From: Callorhinchus milii
Taxonomy: Eukaryota
NCBI RefSeq assembly: GCF_018977255.1
Contig: NW_024704743.1
Location: 26,042,001 to 26,106,000, forward strand
Length of the DNA: 64,000 bases
Direction: 5' to 3'
Shown here: piece by piece, positions 1 to 13,000 of the stretch
Numbering within the stretch: position 1 is the first letter of the stretch
How the letters are laid out: each line of letters begins with the position of its first letter
Notes under the pieces: generated by a model
The model's database searches: none
Told to the model about the DNA's origin: nothing
Seen by the model: the letters and a program-made list of their open reading frames with translations, nothing else
Program-made: the position numbers and the translations under genes

Positions 1-904
1 AAAATAAATGCCCTTCATCTCTGGAAAGCGCCGTCTATTGTTGGGTATGGTTCCCTCGACAGCCGTCTCCTTGACTGTGACCATTATTTATGTGCGAGGC
101 TCAACAGTGAGTACCGACAGGCTGTTTGACAATGTGGGGGGGACTTTCATGAGTTGAAACCCTGGCATAATTGTTCTACTTTCCATCCGGGCTACAGCCA
201 ACTGAAGCAGCCCAACCTCTGGCCTGGCTCAGGTCAGCTAACTGAGCACAGAGCAGCATAGCAAGAAATAAACTCCTGTCACCGTCTGATTTGCAGGACT
301 GAACGGCAGTACACTGTGCGTGGCCCTTGTCCACTGGCCACCGGTTGAGCTGGTTTTACAAGTGTAGAGCAAGAGTAGCGTACGTGGGAAGATGATTGAT
401 GGAGCTGTGAAGGTCAGGGCACATGGAATGATAGACCGCAGGCTAACACTTGCAAACGGTGGCACTACAGGCAGGGAGACTGATCAAAATCATGTGTGTT
501 AACAAGGGAAGCTTCCCAACACTGAAGGCCAGTCCTGCAGTGGGAGGGCTGAACAACAAGCAGACAACACAACACTGGGCAGCTCTACAGCAGCCCATTC
601 CCACCCAAGCATCCAGTTCACAAAACAGACAACGGCAAGGAAGGAGGCCCTGGGGGAAAGAGGTGAGCTGCTCACAGCCTGCACGAGTCTCGTGAAGAGA
701 CCGTGAGAGGAGGCAAGTGACTTGGAAAGAAATGTGCTTGCTCTCGGGATATGATCCCGAGGCTAAGGGAAAAATCCAGCTATTCAGAACACATTGCTGG
801 GAGGAGCTTTGCCGAGAGTACGGAGGGGGTTTCTGTGAGTAAGGAGCAGCACACCTTGAATTACGTGTCTCGAGACACCTAAGTGCTTTCTGCACCTGAT
901 ATCT

Positions 905-1000
905 TTATATCTCGCTGTTTAATTTCTTCTTCTCTTCAAACTGCCTGTCCACGATCTTGGACAGAGCTTCCAGAAACTTCTCGACTGTTGCAGATGGCGA
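905..1000 (-). CDS. TRIP13: TRIP13 last coding exon (96 nt incl. TAA)
   Basis: [31 protein letters not shown]; acceptor ctcctcag. Confidence 0.95.
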   Translation of the reverse strand, partial: SPSATVEKFLEALSKIVDRQFEEKKKLNSEI

Positions 1001-4000
1001 CTGAGGAGACAAGGTGGAGAAAAAAATGAGCAGAACACATAAGCATGAGCAAAACAACTCCAAGGCACTATTTTTCCATGCATTTTTGAGGGCCCAGATC
1101 AGCAGCCACAACTGAAGCAGATAAAGTCCATTTAACATGAGCTGAATAATGCAGCAAAATCTTTCAACATCAGACACCAATGCCAGTTACGTATTTACAG
1201 ACTGTCCGTTATAGTATGCAGTATTATTGCTTTTAAGACAAATTGACATGCTATAGCTTTGCACTGGACGTAATGAGGTCAGTTCACAGATCAATTTGAT
1301 ACTTAACCTCATTGAATAGTGTTTATGCCTCTCTCTCCTTTCCCAGACTTTGTTCTCAATTGTGACGTCTATGAAGTTGGACTGAATGCCGTTTATTACC
1401 AGGCTTTTCATGGTTTTAGTTCACTGAACACAAAACCATTTTCACAGTGAGTTGTTCGGATCTGGAATGCATTGCCTGAAAGTGTGGTGGAAGCTGATTC
1501 AATAACAACTTTTAAGAGAGAAGTAGATAATTATTTGGGGAGGACAAGTTTGCAGGGCTATGGGGAGAGAGCGGGGCAGTGGGATTGAATTGGACAGCTC
1601 TTTTCAAAGAGCCGGCACAGACACGATGGGCCGAATGGCTTCCTTCTGTGCTGTATAATTCTATGAAAGGCTGGTGTCCTGCTTAATGATAGTCAAAGGT
1701 CACAATTCACAAGTGCAATGCAGCTTCATGCAATTCAACACCGAGAACAGCATTGGGGAGGGAGGAAATGGGCAATTAGGCTACTGTCTTATTAGAAAGA
1801 TCACAAGGGAGGTTCAGATGAAGAAGGCATTTCAGCTCATCTGATCCCATTCTTCCTGAATACCCACCTGACATCTGGGACGCTACCCGGTATGAAGGGA
1901 GTAGTAAGTTATAATTGTAAGTTGTTGTTGTTTTGTTGACCTTCCTCCCATTACAGCATCAAGCTATTCTTAAATGGCTAATCACTCCCAAGATTTAATT
2001 TGTTATGTATAAAATCCACCTGACTCTCTAGAAAAACTCATTAAGTACCAGTTATAAACTGGCTGTGACAAAACTCACCTGAATGTGCAGAGCATGGGCC
2101 AGAAAGGGAAGCTTTCGCAACACTCTTCCGCTAAGTCCCTCACTTTTTCTAAGGAGGAGGAGGAAGAAAATGTTAACACTGGAAATTTGTATTCCAAATT
2201 CGTACGAGACCCTACGTTAAAAAGCACATCGTAATGACACAAAATGTGGAGTCCATGTCTGCCAACATGGTGTGGATTTATGTCACAGCACCAGGTTACA
2301 TATGACCTCATCTTAGAGCTGAGGCACTGACAACAAAACTACTGCAGGGAGTTTTCTAGTCCAGCCAGTCAGTTTCAGGTTAACAAAAGAGGAGAAACAC
2401 TGTGCAGCAGAGCGCTGCTTATCCACATGCCACTTATCCACATGTGCATTTATCCACATGGGGCTCCAATGTAAGATGTTCCACATGGGCGGTTACGTAC
2501 AAGGTTTCTAGGAACATTCTGACTAGTCTCCATCGCAGTCCTGGCACCTTGCATGCACACACTCATACTTTTACATTCTACAGTTTAGGGCTAGAGATAG
2601 ATAAATAGAAAGTTAGAGAGATTCAGAGACACACGTATACATACACTAAGAGAGAGACACACAGAGAGAAAAGGGCAGAGTGAAATAAAATCAGTGTGGA
2701 GGAGAGAGAGTGAGAGAATGGTTGGCACAGTGTTTCATAATTCTTTAGCTGGTCTTATAGCCAATTTGTATTTTGTGTGAAGTTGGATTATCCACAATGT
2801 TTGCATATCTGTAAAGTGGACCGATCATAATTAGTACGGATTATGATACAGAACAGTAGACACAATACACAATAACTAAATTAGTTATAAATTGCTGAGT
2901 GGATGCAGTGAGTTAAGAGCGCTAACAGGTGTGGCCATCCAGAGGAGGAGTGGATTTACCCACAAACTCTGGTAATGTGGTGAAGCACTGAGGGGAGACC
3001 AGCAACTCCCACAAAGAGATAGGGCAGTGTGGGGAGAAGAGTAGGTCAGTCTCAGGCTGCACTGGTACCCTCCTTGCTGCTGACTTCATAGCACAGGTTC
3101 TGGAATCAGGTAACCTCACAATCTGCCCTCAACAAAATTAGGAAACTAAGGAAAAGAATGGGGAGACAAAGACACCTCAAAAGGAGATGCTACCCTAACA
3201 ATTATGCAGAAACAGTATTTTGGCCTTGTAGGATTCAAGGCTTATTGGTCTAAGAATACAGGACTGCAAAGCAGCCAGAGCAACTTCTGAAAACAGTCAG
3301 GAGTTGCACAAATGTTACGCAACCGACAATAACTGACCAACAACAAATGTTGATCATAATCAGCCAGCGGCGAATTAGTTTTCAATTAATTTCACTATTT
3401 TTCTTCTCACATTTGTCTTCATATTCAGAATCCAATTTATATCTAGTTAGTAGATCTGTAGTCACTTGAAGAAGGGCTTAGGTTTGCTTACCAGCACTTT
3501 CAATAAATCTGACAATCCTAGAACACAGTACTAGAGAGCATCAATTTAAGATACTCAGCAAATGGGGAAGTAAAGAGAAATGTTTTCATTTGCAGAGTAA
3601 TTAGGATATGGAATGCCCTGCCAGGAGTGATGATTGAAGCAGAATCCTTATCAGCTTTCCAAAGGAACTTGATAGATTATGTAAAACAGAGTAAGTTATA
3701 AGGGGTCGCTGGGTGCAGCGACTTCTGTTTTTGTTTTCAGATTTCCATCATCTGCAGTATTTTGTGTTTTGTTTAAGTTATAAAGGTACGGGGAAAGGGC
3801 AAATGAATGGAAATGAAAGGACTGCTCTTAAAACAGCCAGGACAGACACGATGGGCCGAATGGCCTTCTTCTGTGCTGTACATTTCTAAGGATTCATGAT
3901 ACTCATAAGAATAGTCAGACAAGAGGGAAGAATGTCTTACAATTACAGATACAGATCAAGCTTTTACAAGAAACTCACATTGCAATATTCTTAAGTGCTA

Positions 4001-7000
4001 AGCTCAGTCTGGACACATCATTTTCCATGTAGCCTATCATCTGCAGCTCTCTCAGGCTTAGCAGCTGCTGTCTGGGATAGATGATCTGGCACTAAAATGA
4101 AAACATACAATAAGTAAAACCTTCACAGCAAACTGACGTCCAGCAGAGGACAGATTACTTTCCTGTTCCTGTAGATTTGGCAAAGCTGTTGGGTAAGGGA
4201 TTGACTGAATGCGTGTGAATGACACGTTCTGAGCCACAGAATAAGACAAGCCCAGATTTGTTTCCTGGTAAGGACTGGACATGTCTGGGCTCTGAGAGTG
4301 GCCGTCAATCAATATCTTGCGAGCGCATTTAGTATTGTGGGTAAAGTGTACCAATGGAAGTGTGCCCCAGCATGAGGCAGTTTGGAGCAAGCCTGGCAGT
4401 TATTTTTTCACTAAAACTAAATCCATAGCCACATTTATTAACATAGAACTGGCAAAAATATCAGTTGCGGCGGTGGGAAGATCAATTATGCTTCTGGTTA
4501 TGTTGAAACTGCAGCATCCTTGAAAGTTTAAGGTTTCTAAACACTGGCTAACATTCCCCCTAAATAAAATTGCTCATTCACTTTCATGGCTGTTAATGGG
4601 GACACCCCTGCACGCAGAGTGGCTGCCCCATTCACATACAAAAAAGTCACTGCACTTCACGGTGAATCTTGTGAAGCGTTTTGAGACGTGCTCCCGACAT
4701 GAAACACGTGATGTCAAATGCGAGAATTATTATTTATATTCCAAATAAATAACAGGCATCACGAGTTACTGTAAATTAAGTCATACAGAGAGTGGAACAG
4801 TCATGGTCTGGAGCAGCATTTTGAGCTTGCGTGAAAGGCACCATACAAATGTAATTTGTTGTTGGCCATGAATGATATCCGACACTATTAGTTTAAATCA
4901 ATCTGTTCCCTTCTTCTCCCATCTCCTTCCAGCGAAACATTGAACAATCTCAGCACTAAAACAGCTCGAGAAACAGCAACTAGAAATGGGTCAGTTTCAT
5001 ACCTTCATTAATTCTTCCAGGCAAGAGAGGTAGATCTTGAAGATAGCAGCAGCAGACGGTGGACCAATATACTGTTTAATGTCTGCCCTGTCTACAAAGG
5101 CCACGTCAATTTTTTCAGTGATGTTGGAAGTGGTCAGAATTACAACGTTGGGGTACCTGTGTGGTTTGGAGAAAACAACCAGAGATAGTTTAGAGCTCAG
5201 ACAAGAGTCAGAGTGGAGATTGTAAGGGTAGGAGGAGGAGGGATTGAGGCCAGCCCCAAATGCACCTGCTCAGAATGTGTGGCCAATCTTGACCCAGCAA
5301 CTCACCATTCTCACAGTGAGGCTCACTTCTAAACAAGTGAGCACAGTGTAAACGGACGTCCTCCAACAAAAGACATGTGCACTCACAACTACACAAGTAT
5401 ATTTTGCCCCCAATCCTCTCCCCCTCCCGCGTACTCTCATCAGGCATGTTACAGTACCGAGTTTTCAGACTGGTTTTGTTCATATGCAGAACAGAGTCAG
5501 AAACAGTTCAATATTAGGACAACTATCAACTGTCCACAAAATATACCCACAGTATTTTGCCCACAGCAAATTCACTTTACAGTTATATTCTGTGAAGCGC
5601 TTTGAGATGTCTCGAAGACGTGATAAGGCGCGATATCAAATGCAAGGATTATAACTGCTGATCCATTTGATGCTTAATGGTGTTTTCTGCGTTCCGGTTA
5701 TATGGTAATTCACTGCACTTTAAAACAAAAATGTGGAAGATCCCATCAAAGATCCACAAAGATAATAATCTTGAATGATTCTTAGCCTCGCTAAAAGTTT
5801 TTACCTGGCCTGATGATGCTAAGCCACACTTCTGGTCAGATGGTTGTGCAGGTGGTTAGAGACGTACCTTTTGATCTGGTCTATTTGTGTCAGCACAGCA
5901 TTCACTACTCGGATGGCATCGGACGGCTCGGTGCCACCTCTGGAAGCGTTGCGGGCTGCGGTCAAACTCTCCACCTGCAGGAGGCGACAGAATGATTGTA
6001 TAATAATAATAATCCTTGCATTTGATATAGCGCTTTTTACGTCTTCTAGACGTCTCAAAGCGCTTCACAGAATATACTGTAAAGTGAATTGACTGTATAT
6101 TTTGTGGGCGAAACGCAGCAGCCAATTGCGCACAGCAATATCCCACAAACAGTCGTGGATTGAAGTGACCAATTTATTATTGTTTCTTTTCTTGAGTGAT
6201 TATTATTAGGCGTGCGGAGTAAGGAAACTTGCCCAAGGTTTCGCCCTGTCTGGATCGAATTCAGGTCTCTCACTTGTGAGGCAAGTGCTGTCACCATTGA
6301 GCTACAGAACTCCACAGGCTTAACACGTCTTCAAGATGTCTCAAAGTGATTCACACAATATGCTATAAAGTGAATTGACTATATTTTGTGGGTGAAACGC
6401 GGCAACCAATTATGCACAGCAGTCGTGAATTGAGGGACCAATTTATTTATTTATTTTTGAAGGGATTGTTTCCCCTGGAAAGTGATCCGCCAATCGACTA
6501 ACAACCAGGTTCCTACTTACTGCTAGGTAAACAGAAGCGGATGGAGTAAGCCCAAATAAATTGCAACAGACCATTTTTAAATCCAACTTCATGGGTGGTG
6601 AACGAAAGCTTTTTACTCTTAAAAAACAATAATTGTTCAACCTACTCGGAATTACATAATCTGATATAGTTTTATGATGAAAAATTTAAAACACCAAATA
6701 ATCTTTTATACATATTAAAACAAAACCTGTAGTCCTCGATAGGAATTCAGTATCAATCAACTTCAGTCACCCATTGATGCCCTAGAAGAATTGACACCAG
6801 AGGACAACTACAAGCCTTCACATATTGTGTAGTTTACATAGCTAAGCTTGAGTAGTAATACAGTGGCCATCGGAACTACAGAGGACCGGAAAAGACCATT
6901 CAAAGTAAAACAAAACATTAAATTAAATAAATAAATAATCCTGCACTACTCAATGCTCATACCCACCGCGCAACTAAATTCTTTGGCAATCACTAGCTAA

Positions 7001-10000
7001 TTCCCTCGAGAATTTGCTGCCTAATCAGAGCTCCATGCTCGGATTCTTGGACTGGAATCACTCCAGCATTTTTTTTACTTTCACAATGTGTATTTATTTA
7101 TATTCTTTATGGAGCGGTTTTATTCAATTTTGTGGCAACACTCGGCTGGCTCGGCATATACACTGTGGCAATAAAGAAGCTTAGTGGGCAGTGTAAAGTG
7201 ATTCCAGTCGGTTATGATTATACAGCCCACATGTGACCATTGACAAGACATTTCAAAGCAAGAAAAATGTCTTGACAAACACTGAAGCACCTAAGACGTA
7301 CGATAACATTTACACTAAGTAATAGCGGTTATCTTATTATTGGCAGAAGAGAATCAATCATTCAACAAACAGTTCCATTGATTCAGTGATGCACAGGGTG
7401 GCCAAAATATTGTGATACCATTAAAATGTCTAACAAGTCTTAAAGAAATTATGCTGATTTTTTTTTAGATATTAGGGTAGACATCACAACTTTTTGGTCA
7501 CTTTGTACAACAGTTATAATGCGATGTCTTGGATCCCAAGAAAATAAAACTCCGCATTAAACAGGTCCGGGAAAATAAATGGACTTGCTGGGTAGTATCT
7601 CAGAGCACTTAACAGTGGCAGAGCCTGACTTCGAGTTGGGAGGGGGTATGCACGGTCGAAGAGGAAAGTTTTCAGACAGGGCTTGAAAAAGGAGAGGGGC
7701 AAGGCAGAGGTATTGAGGGAGAGTGTTCCAGACTTTCGGGGCGTAGTGGCTGAAAGCGTGATCTTCGATGGTGGGGCAGAGGGTGCGAGGAACGAGCAGG
7801 AGGCCGGTGCCAGTCGAGTGGAAGCATAGGGTGGTGGATTGGGTCGTGAGGAGGTCAGAGTGGTAGGGAGGTGCCAGGGAGTGAAGGGATTTGAACACGA
7901 GAGTGAGGATCTTGAAGTTGATCCATTCAGTGATGGGGCGCCAGTGGAGCCTGGGCCAGAACTGGTGAGATGTGGATATGGAGTTTGGTCCAGGTCAGTA
8001 TGTGGGCGGCAGAGTTTTGAATGAGCTGGATCTTGTGAGTGGTGGAGCTGGGGAGACCGGCGAGGAGTGTGTTTTGAGTAATCCAGGCGGGAGGTGACAA
8101 ACACATTCACAAGGGTTTCGGCTGCATTTGGGATAAGTACGGTAGGAGGTGGGTAATGTGGCGGAGGTGGAAGAAGGCAGTCCTTGTCAGGGACAGGATG
8201 TGGGGATGAAGAACAGCTGGTAGTTGAACCGGACTCCTAGATTGCGTTCTGGTTCGGTAACTGTGAGCGAGAGGCCCAAGGAGGTTGAGGAGTTCAGATC
8301 CGCAGGAATGAAGCTGTTGGCAGGAGCCAAAGAGTATGGCTTCTGTCTTGTCCCCATTCAGATGCAGGAAGTTTGCACTGGTATGAGGATCTTGGAGTCG
8401 GATTTGAAGCATGATGGCAGAATTTGGATTTTCAGGTAACAAAATGTCAGAGTCCACAGCCCGAGCACTTGAACTTGAAGTTATAAAGGGATTGCACTAT
8501 ATTACCCTATATGTTGTTGGTCTTTTTTCATACTCTCTCTTGGCCCTCAGTGTTCTAAGCTTTTTGCATTTAATAAACCTTGCAGTTGATTTAGTGCCTT
8601 ATCATGTCAAAACATCTTGCAGTGCTTCACAGTAATTCCTATTTTGTGCAGTGACTGTATTTGCAGACAAACTCTCCTGATTTTACTAGGATTTTTCTGG
8701 AGTCCTGTAGCTCAGTTAGTGCACTTGCCTTGCAAGTGAGACCTGGGTTCGTTTCCTGGCAGGACGAAATGTTGGGCAAATTTCCTTACTCCACACACCT
8801 CTCTTTACCTAGCAGTAAGTAGGAACCCAGTTGTTAGCCAACTGGCGAATCGCTTTTCCAGAGGTAATAATGCCTCAAAAAAAATTAGTCACTCAATCCA
8901 TGACTGTTTGTGGGACACTGCTGTGCGCAATTGGCTGCCGTATTTTGCCCAAAAATATACAGCCAAAATATACTTGATAAGGCGCTATATCAAATGCAAG
9001 GATTATTATTATTATAGCCTCTTTTTTAAATCGCAGTTTATTTAAACTTTCATTTATGACTTAATCTTCCAATTCATTCACAAAACACCAGATCTTGACG
9101 CATCTCTATTTCTGGTAGATCCCATGGCATTCTTCAAAAAGAAAAGGGATTTTCTTTCTGTGTCCTGGCCAACGATCCTCCAAATAAAATTACTCATCCA
9201 CTTCATGGCTGTTTGTGGGATATTGCTGTGCACAAATCGGCTGCTGTGTTTATTTACAAATACACAGCAACTGCACTTCAAAGTATATTCTGTGAAGAGC
9301 TTTGAGACATTTCAACGACTTGATAAGACGCTATATCAGCTGCAAGGATTATTAGAATCACCGAACGACACACGACCATTTTAATTCCATTCGAGACTAT
9401 CAATCGAACGACAGGTGGAAATCATTCAGAATTGATGACATGAACTTTAAACAACTGTAGCTCACAAAACAACTTGCAGCCACTGCATAAAATCACACAC
9501 AACAGTCATATTGTAGTGTCATCTACTGGTAGACAATGAGAGCTGCAACTGACCATTCGGAAACATGCATTTCAACACCAACCTTTTCGACACCATGACC
9601 TGCTGCACAGTTCTAAATGATGGAATTATCAAGTTTTCTCCAGGATTAAAATACACCCTCTTACCTCGTCGATTAAAACAAACACAAGAGCTTGGGTATC
9701 CCCGATTAAATCCCGAATGGTTTGAAACATCTTCGTAACAAGTTTGCCACTCTGTTTAAGAAGAGATTTAATATCAAATTAGCATTTATACACTTTTCCG
9801 AAAAAGCACAAATATGATTCTATGGGTTACGAGAACTTTCCTGTTTTACAGTGATGTGTGGATCTTATCATTCTCTCCTCCCCCCCCCCCTCCCCCTCAT
9901 TTCAGCTACGCAAGCAACAGTCAGTTTAATATAACCTGACAGTGGTTTGCCGTTGGGTATAAGATCATTTCTAGCTGAAAGGAACTGATTATGCAAGTTT

Positions 10001-13000
10001 ATCCAGAATTAGCTGTTACTTAGTGCAGCTCATCAATCAAAATATTAAAAGGAAACAGAAAAGGTTGAAGAAGTCAGGTTAGTATTTGTACTATTGAGCT
10101 GTTGTAGTTCAAATCCAAAAAGCCATTGGGACATTATCATCAGTCAGTAAATACAAAACCACGTAGAATTGCTTTGTCCGAAGATCAAGAATTTAACAGT
10201 TACTTCAAATTGCACTTATTTTTTTAAAAAATTGAATATAACCATTATAATTAAATAAAGCCTAAAGAAGTGCAAATTACACTGTCAACATTGAACCCCT
10301 GAATGATATGAACACGTAATTGTTGACACTTAAGGTAGGGCTTACCTCGGAAAACCATTTAGAAAAGAGACTATGGCTGTTGATTTCTATTAGCTGCCCA
10401 TACCGGTACCTGAAACAAATGCAGCTACATTAATACAAAGCTTTTATTTTGTTTTCATGTAGTTTTTTTTTGAAAAACTACTTGTTATATAAATTATTGA
10501 TTTTTTTTTAATGAAAGCGTGCCAAAGGCTGGGTGGAGAACTTGTTCAGCACACAGGCTTTTCACTTCTGGGTAAGTAGTAGGAATCCTGCCCAGACAGT
10601 GTCTCCTATGTCTGTCTGCTGGCTGGACGTTCACTTCAGAGCAGGAGTAATCCCACAGCACAAAACTGGCACGAATTATCATTCATAGTTCAGAGCAACC
10701 GCAGGGCGGCTAACGGAAAACGTCAGACTGGCTCCTGTAGGAAGTGCTCTTCTGAGACTGGACTTGACTGATTCTAGTGCTTTCTTCAGGCGCCGCAGTT
10801 GATTTGATTTAAACAGGACTGTATTTCCCACTGACATGCTTCATCTACTCAAATAAAAATCATCCATTTTTTAAAAATATAAATCAGAGAAGTGAGCAGG
10901 GCCTTCAACAAGCTCACAAACTCACTTGAACTGGAACTTTCATAGTCAGTAAAGAGATTTCAGATCAACTGTCCAGTTAAACCCAAGTTACAGAGATGAA
11001 CGATTATATCCAGCGCTCAGTCTAGTGCATTCAATCTCCAATAACCACAACAATTTCCATCTATAAAGTGACTTACACATCGGAAGCACATCTCATAGTC
11101 CTTCACACAACTGGCCAGGAACCTGAGATGTGGGTTGGGGGCGGTGGAGGGGGAAGAAGAGTAGTGGCCAAAAGTGTGCATTCAGTGTCTAGTAGTTTAG
11201 CAACAGTCGAATAATTTAAAATGTTAGCCACCACCGTATCCTTAGTTCTCCACATAATGCAATTTTTCATGTCTCAATTTTCCCTATGTCCATGATGTCC
11301 ATGGAAACAGCCTTCAAATTCAGTTGTAGCTAATAACATTCCCCACGCTACACATTACCTCAAACCAAAGCAAACAATATTAAATGTGAGCATCCAGCAA
11401 TGCAATGCAAACTTCTCTCAAAAAGCTGATTCAGACAGTGGAACAATACATTTGTGCATTATCACCTGTCAGATAATCGAATGGTGAGTTTTTGAGCCAA
11501 TGCTTTACACAAAGATGTTTTGCCGGTTCCTGGAGGGCCTGTGTCGAAAACGAAAAAAAACATTTTAAACTTATAATAATGATAATCCTTGCAATTGATA
11601 TAGCACTTTATCATATCTTCAAGACATCTCAAAGCGCTTCACACAATATACTGTAAAGTGAATTGACTGTATATTTTATATTTTATGGGCGAAACATGGC
11701 AGCCAATTGCGCACAGCAGTGTCCCACAAGACGTTGTGGATTGAATGACCAAATTATTATCATAGGAATTAGGGACGAGGCGGGATAGTAAAGGTACAAA
11801 CTTTCTGTCTGTTATCATACAGAATATTCCAGGAAGGAAGTCCAAACCTTTTTAGCAACGTTCGGAGAATTTGGAGAATATACAATCCCATATGTATCTT
11901 ATCTCATTTTGGAGCATCTCAAATGTGCACAGATTGTTACTTGGATCCACACTAAGCAGTGAAGGAGCTCATGTTAAGCAATAAGGACTTGATTGAATTC
12001 CCCTCCCCAAGAACCACGACCAAACCCATCACTTGACCTCCCATAGCTTGTGCCCATTCTTTACGTGAGCCTAGAGTTATATGATAGATAAGATTAGTCT
12101 TCCTCTCACTTCCCACTAAATGTAGGACTTGTACAATAATAATAATAATCCTTGGATTTGGGTATAGCGTCTTTCACACCAGGATTTACTATGAAGTGGA
12201 GAGACTGTATATTTGCAGACAGTATACTTTTATAGTGGGACAGTCCCAAATTCTAAATGCTCATTGCAAAAGTCACCATACTGCAAGAGCAATTTCAGCA
12301 ACATAACATATCCCTTCAGCGTCCATTAAGGGGCTAGTAGAAAGCGGGAACCCTGGCTAATTTTCCTTTCTCCAACCCAGAATTCTGAAACCATTTTTTT
12401 CTTTTTTAGTAAACTTAAATGTTGCATTCAGTGATATGCTGCATCATAGTTGTACATGTAACTAAACGTGTGTCGGCCTGGTTCAGATGGTAACACTCTC
12501 ACCTCTGAATCAGAAGGTTGTGGGTTCAAGCACCACGCTGGAACTCTGAACTCATAAGCTAAGCTGACACACTAGGACAGTGCTGGGGGAGCACTGTATT
12601 GTCGGAGGTGGCGTCCTTTGGATGAAACATTAAACAGAGGTCTCACCCGCCTGTTCAGGTGGACACTAAAGATCCCATGGCACTACTCAAAAAGAGGCAG
12701 CTCTACCAGGCTCCTGACCAAAGATCCTCCACATAAAATACTGGTCATTCACTTCATGGCAGTTTGAGGAATATCGCTATGCGCAAATTGGCTGCTTTAA
12801 AGCAACTTGAGATGTCCTCGTAATATGAATTGCACTACATTAAATGTAAGAATTATTATGTTATTACTAAAGTCTCTTAGCTGCCGAAGAGCAGTTCTGA
12901 TCATTGTGGAGTGCACTTGGGAGGATCCCTTTGATTGCTTCAAAGCATCCAATGAAAGTTACAATAAATGAATGAGCCCCCTTTACTGTTCATAGTCCTA

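Noticed and set aside
1..904. TRIP13 polyadenylation signal
   Set aside because: I found no minus-strand AATAAA in this interval (the AATAAA at 3 and 268 are on the plus strand), so the 3' end cannot be placed.
2419..2796. Four perfect bacterial DnaA boxes (TTATCCACA)
   Set aside because: They lie in a vertebrate intron with no bacterial context. Three arise from one local tandem duplication, so the match is coincidental.
3491..3517. Possible minus-strand mini-exon (IVRFIESA) resembling TRIP13 IGFIEN
   Set aside because: The true exon 11 is at 3979-4091 with correct size and phase. This segment would break the frame, and the similarity is too short to be meaningful.
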